In this document: piece after piece, positions 12,601-27,600 of the stretch
Position numbering within the stretch: the stretch's first letter is position 1
Layout of the letters: every line of letters starts with the position of its first letter
Assembly (NCBI RefSeq): GCF_037042905.1
Contig: NC_087259.1
Span: 22,506,001-22,570,000 of the forward strand
Source of the DNA: Lytechinus pictus
Taxonomy: Eukaryota
Reading direction: 5' to 3'
Length of the DNA: 64,000 bases
Translations under genes and position numbers: made by a program
The notes under the pieces: model-generated
Databases searched by the model: none
The model's input: only the letters and a program-made list of their open reading frames with translations
What the model was told of the DNA's origin: nothing

Positions 12601-15600
12601 TTCTGTGACACCCTTTTTAAGATAGTAAGCCACAACCGTACTATTGAATATTAATCAATTGAACATATCAACTAGTACTAATATCAACATTGTGAGCAAC
12701 TATAGGGATGTTGACACAGTGCTACTCACTTTCTCAATTTCCTTGATAGTAGTGGCTTTGAGTGTGATTTCATCCGACTGTCTTTGCAATGACTGTTCTA
12801 GGTCCTGGATCAAAAGCATCTTCTTATGGTTCTCATCTGATTGCTTCTCCAGTTCATTTTCTTGTTCAGTGACCTAAAGGAGTCATAGATAAAACAGTGA
12901 CATTGAGTTCAATTCTTGAGCATTGTGTCTACATCTGATTAAAATGTTGGCACTCTTTATCCAATAAATGTTATTTTCATATTCACGATCATCTGATTAA
13001 TCATTAGTATATCAAAAGATGATATTAAACAATTAATTAATAATAGAGTATAAACAAGACAAATTATTCTTTTAAGGAATACATGTATCTCTCTCTTATG
13101 AGGCTCCTTAATTTCTATAATTTTAAATATTCATGATTGAATAATAAATTAGATATCAAGGACCCTCTTTACTATAAATTTATGCATAATCTATGGTTAT
13201 GCAGGTTTAATGCATTGATTATGCTTTGTTCAGCAAATGTAATAAAAAAGAGTTCAATGATGAAAGGATTTTGAACAGCATACTTAACTCAAATATGTCA
13301 CTAATAAAGATGACATCATCATTGATTTAAATCAATTTACGTTACCAGTGAACTTTTGATGTTGTGACGTAAGTAATACACATGTTTCGGGACCTGTGAA
13401 AAACCCTCTTATTAGACTTTCAACATACAACCCATTTTAAAAATTATTAATTTAACTTAAGAACATTCAGTTGTGCTCAAAAATTTGTGAACCCCACCAC
13501 AAAATGCACTCCCTCATGCCGATTGTTGGAATGTAGATAACATGACTACAATGTTTGGCGAGCCCAGAGAAAAAAAACCTTTATTGAATGTAATATTTTA
13601 TCACCTGACTTCACAATTAGATATCTAAAACACAGCAGAACGTGAACACTTTAAATATGTTGATTATCTGGTGGGGTTCCCTGACTTTTTAAACCACTGC
13701 AAATAAAACATGATTTCTAAACATGGAATCAAACCAACGGTGCGAATTCAGCCCATCAAATTTCAACTGCAGATAGGTCCCACCATACCTGTTGTTTGGT
13801 CTGTTTAAGTTGATATTGTGTTTTGTTGAGAGTGCTTTCAAGCTCTAGGATCTGTCTCTCCATCTCACTCTGTCTCTCCTTCACAGTCACATCAAGCTGA
13901 CTCACCTACGTATATACAGGATAAAGAATGATTATCATCAATTGGTTCTTGTGTGCCTATTACTACCTGATTGAGGCATTTTGGAGACAATATTATATAA
14001 GCACGTATTTTGGCTGTCTGATTGATTAACTCACCAGAAAATACGTCACAATGGTCCAGCCAGGGTTTGGCTGAATTATTAGGGACCATAATATTCATAC
14101 ATCCCTCCTCCACGAATTTATTTTCCTACTGCGCCTATGTAGAAAATTATCAGTCCATAATATCTGTATTCCCATTTCATCAAACCCAAGGGCAAGTCTA
14201 GTGTACGCACATAGAGATGTGTACCATTAAATGTATGTGCACGCCATGGATGATGCACTTCTCCACTGTATACACTTTACGTCACAATTTCTTTCCAGGA
14301 TTACTTCATTAATTTCACGGATATAGTACCAACAGGCAACAGGCAAACATTCATAAATCAATACTAATAATTGCTTCAATTACCCATCATGCTCTGTAGG
14401 CCTATTGGTAATAATAATAATATTGACTGGCTATTTTGGGAGATACCACATTATATTTCTCTCAGTAGGACATATTGTCCGAGTCAAAACTCGGGCAATA
14501 TGAGCCTACTTCGGGAAATATATATATGTTATCTCCCTCAAAACCAGTCAATATTATATAGATATTCAGGAAAACTGTAGAAATTGTCAAGTCAATAAAC
14601 AAATTTCAATTTTATTACATACAATGGCTCACCTTGGTTGGGAATAGGATTTTTGATAAGAAAAATTGATGTTGGCAATGTCTATTGGGGCGTTGCAAGA
14701 AACTTGCGATCAATTGCAAGTCTATTTTCACTCCTTAAATCAATCATATCTCTTGTAATTAATTGTAAATTTGTGATTGATTGCTGAACTGCTCCTTGCA
14801 ACTAGTGTTATCTGATTTGCTACAGCTAAAATTTACTTATTCATTGTAAAATTGCAATAGAATATTTGCGATTGATTGCAAATATTTTCTTGCAACACCC
14901 CCTAAGATAGTGGTAAGAATGCTGAGACTGGTTCTGCGCTCTAAAATCTGCATCTCTATCTCACTCTGTCTCTGCTTTGTTGTCACGTTTATCATACAGG
15001 ACAACATTACCATCATTAAATGCCATTATATTCAGCACATATCAGTAATTGCAAAGCCTTCAAACAAATCTTTACCTGAATGCCAGATATACATGTAGCA
15101 ATGTGGCAAACTATCATGAATTTAATTTCATTTTGTTACCCCCCAAAAAAGAAACTTTCAGCATTTCGATGCTGTAAAATATATGTAAATAACCCTTTTC
15201 TTACCTGAGCAGATCTCTGCAGAAGCTCTCTCTGACTTGTTCTTAATGCTAGATCTATTTCAGCCATGTCACGTTCCTTACTTCTCATATCATCTTGACT
15301 TTTCCTATACATGAAAAATAAACAATTTAATTCTATATCACCAAAAAAAAAATGGATTATGGGTTAAAAACCATAGAAGTATCAATTTTTTGCAGAAAAT
15401 CTTTATAATAATAATATGCAACATTTATATAGCGCTATATATACAAATGTTTCTAAGCGCTGCATACTATTACCCCGGCTTTAGCACGGCTACCCTGAAC
15501 GGGCGCATCGAGCATTCAAGGAATTTCTTCCTACCGGGTACCCATTTACTACACCTGGGTCGAGAGTGGCAAATGTAGATAAACGCCTTGCCAAAGGACG

Positions 15601-18600
15601 CTAGTGCTGCGGTGGGATTTGAACCCCGGACCTTGTGGTTCAAAGTCCGAAGACTTGTCCACTGAGCCACAACACCTCTTTCCAAGGTACAATACTATTT
15701 CCTAGGAAGGGTAAAATCTAGATAGAAAATTATTACTTTTATTTGATACAAAGTACAGACACACAGATTTAATGATTCCCCCCCCCCCACAAATCATGGC
15801 AATGTTTCATACAGTAACAGTGCTAAACTATCATTCACTGACAATAACTCTAGAAAATGATCACTATAAGCCAACCAAATCCTATGATGATTTCACTGAA
15901 ATTGACAGTGTTGACAACCTTCACAAAATAGTCCCTATGACTGATCCAAGGAATAATAATCATAATAACTATAATAGCTTATAAAATTGACTTTAGAAGG
16001 GTAGCTTGGACAAAGACCCAATTATTTCAATCCTAACGCTACAGTTACACCACTGAATCCGCTTACAAAGAGTTGCGATAGATCCAATCAACCAAAACTA
16101 TGGAAAGCCAGCAACGTCAACATCTATTATGCATGTTTGTTCAAAATATGTTGTATATTCAAACATTCATTGTTTTTATTTCTAATACAGAGTGCTTCTC
16201 TATGTTTATAAAGGTCAATGTTCAAAGTTCCAGTAGAAATGATGGATTTCCACAGAATTGAGGTTGATTGGATCAATTGTAACTCTTTGTAAGATGGGGC
16301 CCTGGAGTCTTGTTTCGTTGGTGTGACTGTTTCAGTCACCACACCATACCTGAGAGACTCATTGAGCTCCTCCACTCTCTCCTGCTTGTGTTTATTCTCT
16401 GCCTTGCTCCTCTGGAGGAGTCTATGGAGCTCCCCTAGCTGGGTGGCAGCAGCTCTAAGATCCTCCTGGGCTTGCTGGAGCTCGGTGTCCAGGTGACGGC
16501 AGCGCTCCTTGGATGTCTTGGACTCTTCCTTGGTCCTCTCAAGAACCTCCTCCAGTTCTTTCACTGTGTAGAGGGCAATGTCAGAGGTTTATCTTCACTT
16601 CGTCTACAAGCAGTTGGTCTACTTTTCAGGTAGTCTTGTACCACATGGGCTAAACCCATTTGGTCTAATTGCTGCTTGGTTAACATGACACTTGGTCAAA
16701 TAGGATTTAGTCTAATTCTCAATTAGTCTAATGCTCAGATGGTACATTTTCCACTTCATCTATCGCTTATATTACACTTTGTCAATTGGAAATTGTATTC
16801 ATCGACAGTTCATCTATTGTAGACTATACATGTAGTGGTGTTAGACCAAGTGTTGATATCAAGCCTCCCAACCTCTCTCATTAAAAAATAGGGATGATTT
16901 TGCTTCATTAAATAGAAAAAGACACTGCTTTTCCCATAGGAGTAAACAGTAATATTATGAAAAAAATGTAGGAATTTTTTTATCTAAACAAGAACTTAAA
17001 TGGTATAATTTGAATTCATTCTTCTAAATTCAGCAAACCTGAGATGTCTGTGAAAACTCACCTGTGCTCTGTGCTTCTTCTAACTGGAGCTTGTTGGCAT
17101 GGAGCTCTTTTTCCAGCTGAGTAGTCTTCTCTGCCTGGTTATCTCCATCTTGCCGGGTGTCTTTGAGTTTCTCCTCCAGGTCAGCCACCTTGCTCCTTGA
17201 CAGCACCAGCTCAGACTGGGAAGAGCTAAACAAAACAATGGACTTATCAGTTTATCCTGTGTTCTAACTGAAATAATGACTGTTTTCAGGACTGGAGTTG
17301 GAACATGGTTACTATTTCACAAAGAGTGTGAATTGTAATTGAATGCATACACATATGGTAACCTTGATAAGAATACGTTTTGAGTCTTTATACTCATGCA
17401 AAGAGTTACACATGATGAAAAATGATTAAAAGTTGTTTCTAGACTAGAACTGAATGACGTAGTAAACTATAGCACCAGGACGAGAGGGCAATGTTTCATG
17501 AACTATGCCATACCTATAATTATATCAAAATTTTGGCCTCTGCCATTAAAACAGTGCTCACTATTCCAATAGGACATAACAGGTGCTTGTAAATTGCAAC
17601 TGATATTGATAACAATTTTGTGAAATGGGGCGTGACATTCTCACCCAAGTTCTTGATGATACTGTCTCAGTTGTTTGGTTCTCTCCTCTAGATCCAAGCA
17701 GGCTTGATGCAGCTTCTTTTCCAAGGCCTGAGCCTCTTGAGTGGCCGTTGACCTCAACAAGCTCAACTCCTTGGACAGAGTAGAAACCTAGATTATTTCA
17801 AAAATTGATAAAAATCGTTAAGAGGAGTAAGAGTGAGGAGGGAAAAGAGAAGATTACAACATGAGAATACTACATATCACCCAACCCAATTAAGTGAAAT
17901 ATGGGGATAATTTTGCTCAAAAATTGGGAAAAAACAATTTTTCCCACAGGAGTGTGCAGTAAATTACACAGATGCCACCAGAAGAAAATTAGCATATCGT
18001 GGCTGGGCTAATAAAACCTCATATCTCAAAATCAAAATATTTTGATGACAGCTCAGAATAAGCTAGATTTTAGAATTACAACACAGGTAGCAACCTTCTT
18101 TTGCCATGGAGGAGTTCTTCACAGGTATCAGCAGTCTATTTTCAGACAATATGAGACTGCCACCATTGCTTTATTTTTGAAATACAGCCCTTTCTAAGCT
18201 GCCCTTAATTTTTGTTTAATTTTGAGATACGAGGTTTTATCAACCCAGCCACAATATATTTTTCATTTATGTATATAAGGGCGATTATTTTAATGGATTC
18301 TGTTTGAACTTACTTAACTGGCATTATTCTTTAACCTTGCACCCCTACATCTATTTTCTGATATTAGACAAGGAATGCCAAAAGAAAAAGTACCTGTTGT
18401 TCTAGATGCGCCTCTTTATCTTCAAGCTCAGCTATTCTCTCTGTGCTCTGCTGTAACATCTGTTGTCTTTCTCTCAAGGATTGCTCAAGATCTGCTACTT
18501 TGATCCCTCGCTCCTCGGTCTCTACAGTAGCCTTCTTCCACCTATCTTCAAGATCTGTAATCTGAAAATAAAACAAAGAAATTGATAAAATTTATCTATC

Positions 18601-21600
18601 TATCTATCTATCTATCATCTATCTATCTAACTACCCATCTATCTTCCAGGCAAGATAATAACAGACATGACAGATTTAATATATACATTACAAGAGAAAA
18701 ATAAAATTGAGCAACAGCCAATGCCTGAGGATCACCTACAAGAATTTTAAAATTCTGTCGAGAGGTTCTGCATTGGCTGGTGCCTACATAGAATAATGTA
18801 AAAATAGAAATATATGTAAACATGTAATTATAATCAAACTTCTGAATAAATAAATCTTCATTGTAATATGAAGAGAAACAAATAAAACTTGGTTGATTAT
18901 ATCACACCAGCATTAATCATTTCTCAATTAGAAAAATTGTGGTAGGTCAGTTGGTTGAATTTTAAATGATGGATATAGCAAGATCTACAGGATCTTACAA
19001 AGTGTCAGTATAAACTATAAAGCTGCCATACGTATTTGCAATCAAGCAAATAACATTCTGAAAATGCATTTGGCTACAATCTATGGTGGGTGGATGCATA
19101 GCAAACCCCTAAAAATTCTTTTAATGGTTTGATCTATGGCTAGGATGCCTTCCTTAAAGACACTTTTATCATTCAAGGGCTGTAACAGTACAAGTAGGCT
19201 ATAGGACATTTTTTTATCCTAATAGAGAGGCATCTCAAACAAACTTGTATATACATCCCAAAACAGATATACAAAGAAGGGTACAAGGTTTTGCGGCCAT
19301 AAAAGAAGTTAACTTTAGGCACAACTACAGCAATATTCATACAAAAATTTCTTCTTGAAAATATATACTAGAACTTATATTTGTTGGAATAGATAAGCTC
19401 TCCTCCAAAAATAAAGAAATATAGCAATGTTAGCAAAACTGTGACAACAAACCTCTCTATCCTTTAGTGCCCTCTCTTGGTGGTGTTTTGTGTTGACATC
19501 TTCCAGCTGTGTTATATACATATTGAGTTCTTGCTTACAAACTTCCAGTGCAGACTCCATCTGGGCCAGTCTAAGGGTACCCTCATCGGCCCTGCTCTGA
19601 AGGGTGTTCCATAGCTTCTGATTCTCAACATCTTTGTTGACTAACTCCTAAACATAAACAAACATATACTGTATATTAAAAAAAAAAAAACCTCATGATA
19701 ACAATATGCTTTTTTTGTGTGCGACTAAAATGCTGGGACAAAATTTCTAAGTGCTCTACACCTACAGAGCTGCCAACTTTGATATTTACATTTCAGGGAA
19801 AATTTACTGAGGAGGAAGGGAGATCTTTCTCAATTGCACACAATCCAATGAAAGAAATCAATGTCTGAATCAGTGAGATGTTGAAAATCAGCAGTTTTTC
19901 TCTGAAAATATGTTGATTTTCAGCAGCCCTGCACATATATAATCATTATCCTGGTCATCAGATTCTTGGTTTCCCACACACAATGTATGCACTTTATCCC
20001 CTCCTCTATTGTAATGAGCACTATGATGTCATATCTAATAAATCATATAAATAAATCTCATATTGCATTTCTTATTTTCTACACTTTTAAAACAAGGGAT
20101 CATGGTACCCTCCTGTAAGGACCTTCGATTTTACAACCTTGCTTTCATGTAGGTCCTGTCATGTTTGGTGTCAACGAATCACTTTTAAAGGTTATTTATG
20201 TAAGTTTCATTGATGATGAAATACGTTTCCGGATTATATGCAATGTGTGCAATACTATGAACATAAATGATGGATAAAGTGAAAAAAAATTATCAAATTA
20301 CAGGGTACTTGTTTACCGTTTGAGTAGTAGGTTAAAATTGACATCAAATATTTCAAAGAGTGTTTCAAAGTGTGTATTCTCTTGAAACATTATTTTCATA
20401 CCCCTTACTACCTAATAAAATCTAACTAATATCAAACACGGCAAATAATATTTCACAAGTCTGTGAATAAGGAAAAAGAATGTCAATGAGAAAGCAAAAA
20501 AAGTTCTTAAAACTTTGATTAGACTCTGTACCTTCTGACTCTCGGCTAGGTCGTTCTTGAATTTTGTCAGCTGTTCTTTCTTCTGGTTTGCCTCCCTCTG
20601 TAGTTTTGTTCGATCTCCTTGTAAGGAGACCATTTCATGTGATTGCTGTTCCATCTTTTGATGCATCTATTGAAAAATATTAAAGTTATTAAGATAAAAT
20701 AACCCTTTTGGCATTCAGTGTATGCCAAGTGATGCCTTATATAAGAGAAAATATATGTATAGTCAATAGTCAATAAATGTTTTACAACTTGTTTCCATCT
20801 ACCCTGAAAAGTATTTTTCTTTGATCTAAATCTCTCCACTTGTAGATTTCAAAGAAGCTGACCCGTTACAAGTATACACAAAAGTCCTTAATTACACATG
20901 AAAATTCTGCAAGGAACACAGCATATAAAATAAAATTATTTGCTTTAACATTCGCCTCTTACTGAATTCAATAAGAAATAAAGACTTTGAATTGATCTGG
21001 TAGTATGATATATCTCTAATAGTTAGAAATAAGTAACATGTAGAACAATGACTCAGAGAGATAATTTCTGACATACCAGATCAAGTTGATGATGTAGATC
21101 TTGACACTGCTCTCTATTCATTCTCTTGATCTCTTCAAGGCGAGAGGAATGTATCTCATCCGAAGATGCTTTCTTCAACAGTTCATTCTGAAAAAATAAA
21201 AATAAAAGTAAAAAATACTGCTTTTTAATAACTTGGTCTTATATTTGTTTGCTCAATTACAGTTAGATCTGGCCATAACTTGGACTTATTGGCCCATATT
21301 CTGAAGTCAGGTTTAACTTAGACCATGGTCTAACTCTGTGCTAAAATTATGGAAAGCCAAGAGTCAAAATTCTTATTGCATTGTATGTTTTTATGTTTAC
21401 TCTGCTCTTTCCTGGTTCTTTGATTGTGAAGACAATTATCTATTCATAATTCCTGGACAATTGAGAATGATTTGAGAGTTAAATGAGCTGAAATGTTATA
21501 TCTCTACTGTTAATGATATATGTCACATATGGCTTTCCATACTTAAACCATAACTTTAAACCCAAGTTTGAATTAAACCCAACTTCAGAATACGGGCCAC

Positions 21601-24600
21601 TGTGTATTGCCCAGATGGTCTAACTACAAATTTGACTTCTTAGTATTTTGAATTCTGTGAAAATGAACATCTGGTTCAAACCAGATATTTATACAGTAGA
21701 CTAAGTAGTCTTAAGCCAAGTGGGTTTCAGACAAAATGTTTATGATCAATTGCCAAGCTGACTAAACATTACTGAATGGGTGTTGGTCAATTATAGCAGT
21801 ATTCAGCTAAGCACCCCCCCCCCCCAAAAAAAAAAAGTTTGTAGTCAGTTGGTCAGGTTTTTTTTTAGAATGATATGAAAACTACTAGATTTTGTTGTCT
21901 TGTTCATGTGACAGGGACCCTTGCATACTATAGAGATAAAATGTACATATATAGTGGAGATTGAGGGTTAGTCAGAAATACCCTCCGCTCATGACAAGAA
22001 AAACGTCGAATCTCCATTCGCCAGTTTTTTATTAATTTGCACATTTGTATTTTTTCTCCTCTGAATTTGAATAAAAAGTAAAAGTCCAGGGGTTTTACTG
22101 CAGTCTGTCTGAGTATGGCCAACAAACTATTTTCTTTCCTTACTTTGGTGTCAGCTAGCTGTGTTGATGTCACATCAAGGGTCCGCTGTAGCTGTTCAAT
22201 GTTAGCGACATGGACCGAGAAGGTTGAAGTCTTATCTTCCAGCTGTGCCTCCAATGCAGACATCTTCCCCTTTGCCTTCTTCAGCTAATAAGAAAGAAAC
22301 AAGAGTGTTTTAATGCCAGACAATAGCCCATTCATCACCATCAGCCCAGCAGGGTGTTCTTTTTATGGTCTTCAACCATTATATAAACTGTCAATTTTGT
22401 TTCATTCAAGATGGTCTAATCCCATTTTGTCTACAACCAGTTTGTCTAATAATGTTTTGGTCTAATTGCCACTTAATTAGCATTTTGTCTAAAGTCCACT
22501 TCGTCTAACACAACGTGGTCTATATTAGATAAACTGTAAATAACAATTAGACAAATTATTGAAACACAACTTAGTCTTTATGATTAGATAAATTGTGAAT
22601 AACAAGCAGACAAATTACTGAAACAAGAGCTTGAAAATGTAGAAATTCAGATTGGTTTATAGAAGTCTGTACTAAAGTACCAATTATTAGAGTTTCTTGT
22701 TATAAGAATCATTTAAACTTACAGTAACAACCCAAATCAGGTACTCAAAGAATTAACTCGCTTTTAAATAGTACTCATATATACTTCAAATTTATCCATG
22801 AATTAATTCCTGGAATGACTATCAAGTTCTTATACTGTTACAAGTTAGAATACATTCCTGTTGGCAATGGGTTAACAACTATTCATTATCAGTCACCTTG
22901 AGGCCAGTATTAATTTGGGGTCAGCAACGTGTCAGGGGAATTACCTCTTTCTCCAATTTGATAACATCACTAGTTTTCTCTCGAATCTCCCCATGGAGGT
23001 GCGTGAGCTGATCATCCCTAAGCATCATGCCCGATTCAAGAGACGATCTGCCGGATTCCGAATCGGCCAGCTTCTGCTTCAGACGGCTGTTCTCATTGCT
23101 CATTTTGCTGGCTTCTGATTTCAGGCAGCCAATCACCTTCTCTAGTTCAAGTGCCTTCCTTTCCTCTTGAAAAAATATGTATCAATAAGAAAAATGAATT
23201 ATAATTTCTTAATCCTGTGGAAATCTGACCCGCTATATGTGGGACGTTTCTGAAATGATTTATCTGTTTTTTAGACTATGAAAACTTGTAATGCACATAA
23301 ATTAGCTGGGCTTGAGTACTTTATGAAAGGAAGTAAAGAGGGAGAAAATATATGGTCAGTGGTACCAAAAATGGTTGATAATTATATAGCATTGCCCCTA
23401 CATATATTACCCCCCCCCCTTTATCTATAGGCTTATACATGTACACTCTAACATTTATCCATGCCTCTTTGCAGATGTCTTACAGGTGATAAAACCAGGT
23501 GGGTGTTTCATAAAGCTATTTGTACAAGCAACTTTACAAATGACTGGTGACCCTTTCTTAAGAACTACATTAACACCAATAAAAATCCTGTGTGTATCAT
23601 TTACAACAAGAAAAGATCACCAGTTGTTTGTAAATTAACTCGTAACTAAAAAACAGCTTTATGAAACACCCACCTGATTTGAAACATGGTACCTTGTAGG
23701 AATTTTATTTTTTTTGACATCATGTTTGAATATTTTTTTTTTGTAATGGTGAATCATTTCTGTATAATTGTCGTTTATACTTTGCACGTCTTTCACTCAT
23801 GTACTTTTTAGATATTGTCATGAAATGTATGTAAGTAAATTCCGAAACAAATTTCCTCCATAAACTTGAATGAATTGATTTATCCATGCTTCCCTTTTTT
23901 CAAGCAATTTCTCCACCTATTCACCATCCACTCACCAACCCATGCATGCATTCATTCATACATCTTGCTCATATGCTACTCACCCAACTTGCTTTTTTCC
24001 ATTAATACTGCCAGCTGTGCCCTGAGACTGGTTGGACTTCTACTGTTACTCCCATCCTGAAGGGAAGACAGGCTGGGTTGGTGATCAGGGAACTGAGATG
24101 ACCTGAGTTGCTGGATCTCCACATCCTTCACCGCTAGCTGATACCTGTACAAGAGATTACCAGGAATGCTATTGCCTATTTGCTATTTGTATATCATATC
24201 ATAAGCCAAGTCATAAGCTAGTTGTGTCAAGAATGAATAAATTGAAAATTAGCACAAGGTACAATCATTCCAAACATAAACAAGTGGAATGCCTCTGGCA
24301 GTCTCACCTGCATTACGCGATTCGATATAGCAGCAGTGCTGACTTTGAAAACAGCTATTGAATAATTATTTACAAAAGAAAACACTCATATGATAATAAA
24401 ATACTCTGTCCATTGACCCAACATGACCTTTGACCATGATCATGTGATGTAAGATGTGTGCAAAACATACTTTATTACCCTTATGTCTATGTTTCATGAA
24501 CAACATGTGTAGATCCATAAAGTTTCTAAGTTATGACGCCAATTCAACAAATACCCCCAACACGGCCAAAGTTCGTTTACCTTAAATGACCTTTGATCTT

Positions 24601-27600
24601 GGTCACATGACCTGAAACACGCACAGGATATTTAGGGATACATGGTTACTCTTATGTCCAAGTTTCATGAACTAGATCCATAAACTTTTCAAGTTATGAA
24701 ACAATTCTACAGATACCCCAACAGGGTCAAAGATTGTTGACCTTAAGTGATCTTTGACCTTGGTCATGTGACCTGAAACTCGGGCAGGATCTTCAGTGAT
24801 ACACTATTACCCTTATGTCAAAGATCATGAACTAGGTCTATATACACGTATTTTCAAAGTTATTACATTTCAAAAACTTAACCTTGGTTCAGATTTTGAT
24901 ATTGATTCCTCCCAACATGGTCTAAGTTCATTGACCCTAAATGACCTTTGACCTTGGTCATGTGACCTGAAACTCAGGCAAGATGTTTAGTAATACTTGA
25001 TTACCCTTATGTCCAAGTTTTATGAACGAGGTCCATTTACTTAACCCTAACTAGGCCGGGCTTTTTTGGCTGTTCTGTGGCCAGGGGGGGTTGATTCAAC
25101 CCCCCCCTGAGATCTCAGCCGCCGATCGCGCGAGCGCTGCAAAAATTTGCCCGCTGGTAGTGTGCGATGTAATCTACAAGGCTGTATGGTAAAATTTTCC
25201 AAAATAATGAGATTTTATTTTATATGAATTAATTATGCTAATTTATGCATAAATCATACTTTTTGCTCTAATTCACTAAATAAAGCTCCTAGAATGCTAA
25301 ATTTTGGTAAAAATATTCTTTGTAGCATTCTTAACAATGGCAATTGAAAAAAACTTCGGTTTGGAAATCAATTTCTTATATATTTTATTGTTTTATGAAT
25401 TTCTTATGTATTTCATTGTTTTTCAACCTTTTGTTTTTCTTTGTTTTTTTCACCAGATTTATTGCACAACCTTTTTGAAGCATAATTATGCTAAAATCAA
25501 TTGCTTTCAGCTGTTTAAAGTAAAAATAATCATATCTTTATGAATAAGATGAGAAAACTCAATTTGCATTGACTTTGTACACAAAATCACGTTATGGAAC
25601 AATTTTTGGTCTGACATGCACTTACATAATGTTGCGTAATTTCGAAACCGCGAACCCGGGCGTCGTAAATTTGGTCTCAAAAGATGTGCGAGACTTAAAG
25701 GTATAAACTCTGCGAGTGGCGCGGTCAAAAAAATTCGCGCGGCGGAATGATCGCAGAAAATGTTGAGGGGGGGGTTGATTCAACCCCCCCCCCCGGCCAT
25801 TTTAGGGTTAAGTTATGATGACATTTCAAAAACTTAACCTTGGTTCAGATTTCAATGTTGACGAAGACGCCGCCGTCAGAAAAAAGGCGCCTATAGTCTC
25901 GCTCTGCTATGTAGGCGAGACAAAAATTAAGTATGGGGGAATCTCACTTTGGGCTTGCTTGTCATTTAGAAAATCAATTCCAATGCCATGATTCTACTTT
26001 ATTAGTACTTATTTGCTCAGCCTCAAGAAAAGAATACAACTTGCACATAATAATAGTAATGGTAATAATAATAATAGGCATTTATATAGTGCCATCTATC
26101 TAGAAATATTCTATTCCGAGGCACATTATATATCACAAAATGTATTATTTAGTGCCTACATGTACAATTATCATGTCATAACTATAGGCATACTATCCTG
26201 TATTTGCCTCAGTAGGGTGCTGACAATTATGTACAACTGGTCTGTATCTGTTCATGCACATAGTATATCTACAATATGCCTCGCTATTATATATGATTCA
26301 TGTGGTTTAATAGTTAGAGCATTGGCCTCAGGATCTTAAGGTTGTGAGTTGAATCCCCGATCTGCCATATTCTTCATTTTGATAAAAAGACTAAAGAGTA
26401 ATTTCTGTCATTTATAAGGTAAGTCACTATGCCTGATTAGATAAGACGTAAAATGTTTCCTATGTATTTGGCTATATACCAGCTTAGTATTATACCAGCA
26501 AAAAGCTCTCCTGCTGAGTTCCTACGGGAGTAACCATAACGAAAGCAAAATATAGATATACCTGAGCTCGGATACTACAGTTTGGCTGGTGGTTGACAAT
26601 AATTCCATATCGGTTTCAAAACCTGAATCTCTAGTGGGGCCAGAAGATTGTGTGAGATGTGTAGAGCTTCTCCCTTTGACACTCTGCAGGAGATGTTTAT
26701 ACAAACACAACAAAATCCATGACACAGGGGATCTGTGCTGTATAATATATGCCCTTGTACACTACGTTACTTATGATACACAAATGTACACCCTTTCATC
26801 AAACATTGGAAAGTGTGGACCCAACATCACCTTTCCATTGAAGTTCCAATATTGCTGTCATATCGTGCAACCCAAATCATAATTTGATGCATCAATTTCA
26901 CGTCCCTACATAGAACAGTACAATTCAACAGCATTCAATGAATTTTACCCATAACTTTCTACAGTTTCATGTCTCAAATGATTTTCTACTAAAGTGAGAA
27001 TAAATTATATAAAACACCTGCTGTTTTCTCGTAATAAAAATGCTCTGGTAGCTCATAATGACAGACTGAAATTTCAAATACTTATTTATCCTCTAAACTT
27101 TGGTATTTCAAAAACCAATCACACATTTCCACATTTCTTGGAGTAATGATCTCTTAATAATACAGTCTCTATCACATATACATGACATTAGTCAGCAATA
27201 TAGATTTCAATAGAACTCTTACTTCTCTTGCAGCACTTCTAGCAACCATTCCTTCAAGCTTCTGCAGCTGTTCACGGCTCTTCTCAATGTCTCTCTGACA
27301 CTCTGCTAGACGTTCGCTCTGCCTTGAGGTAAGGTCGGTGAGCTCCTGGTTCTCCCTATCCCTGGTGAGGAGTGCTGTCTCCAGGTCGTGGATCCTGCTA
27401 ACATGCTCCTGGGCCTCATGCCTGGAGCCTTGGAGGGCAGTCTCTGTCTGGCTCAGCAAATTGGCGGACTCCCTCAGTGTTCTGTTTCCGGTGAGATGAG
27501 GAAGAGAGATGGAATCAAAAGAAAAGGAGAAACAATTCTCACAATAGAGGAATGTCATGAGGCAAGATATTCCCATGGTAATTTTTTTGGTCTTTTTTAT

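Noticed and set aside
15600-15678. tRNA gene
   Set aside because: The A and B boxes belong to a SINE head followed by a SINE core and tail; there is no intact cloverleaf. The same applies to 26300-26367.
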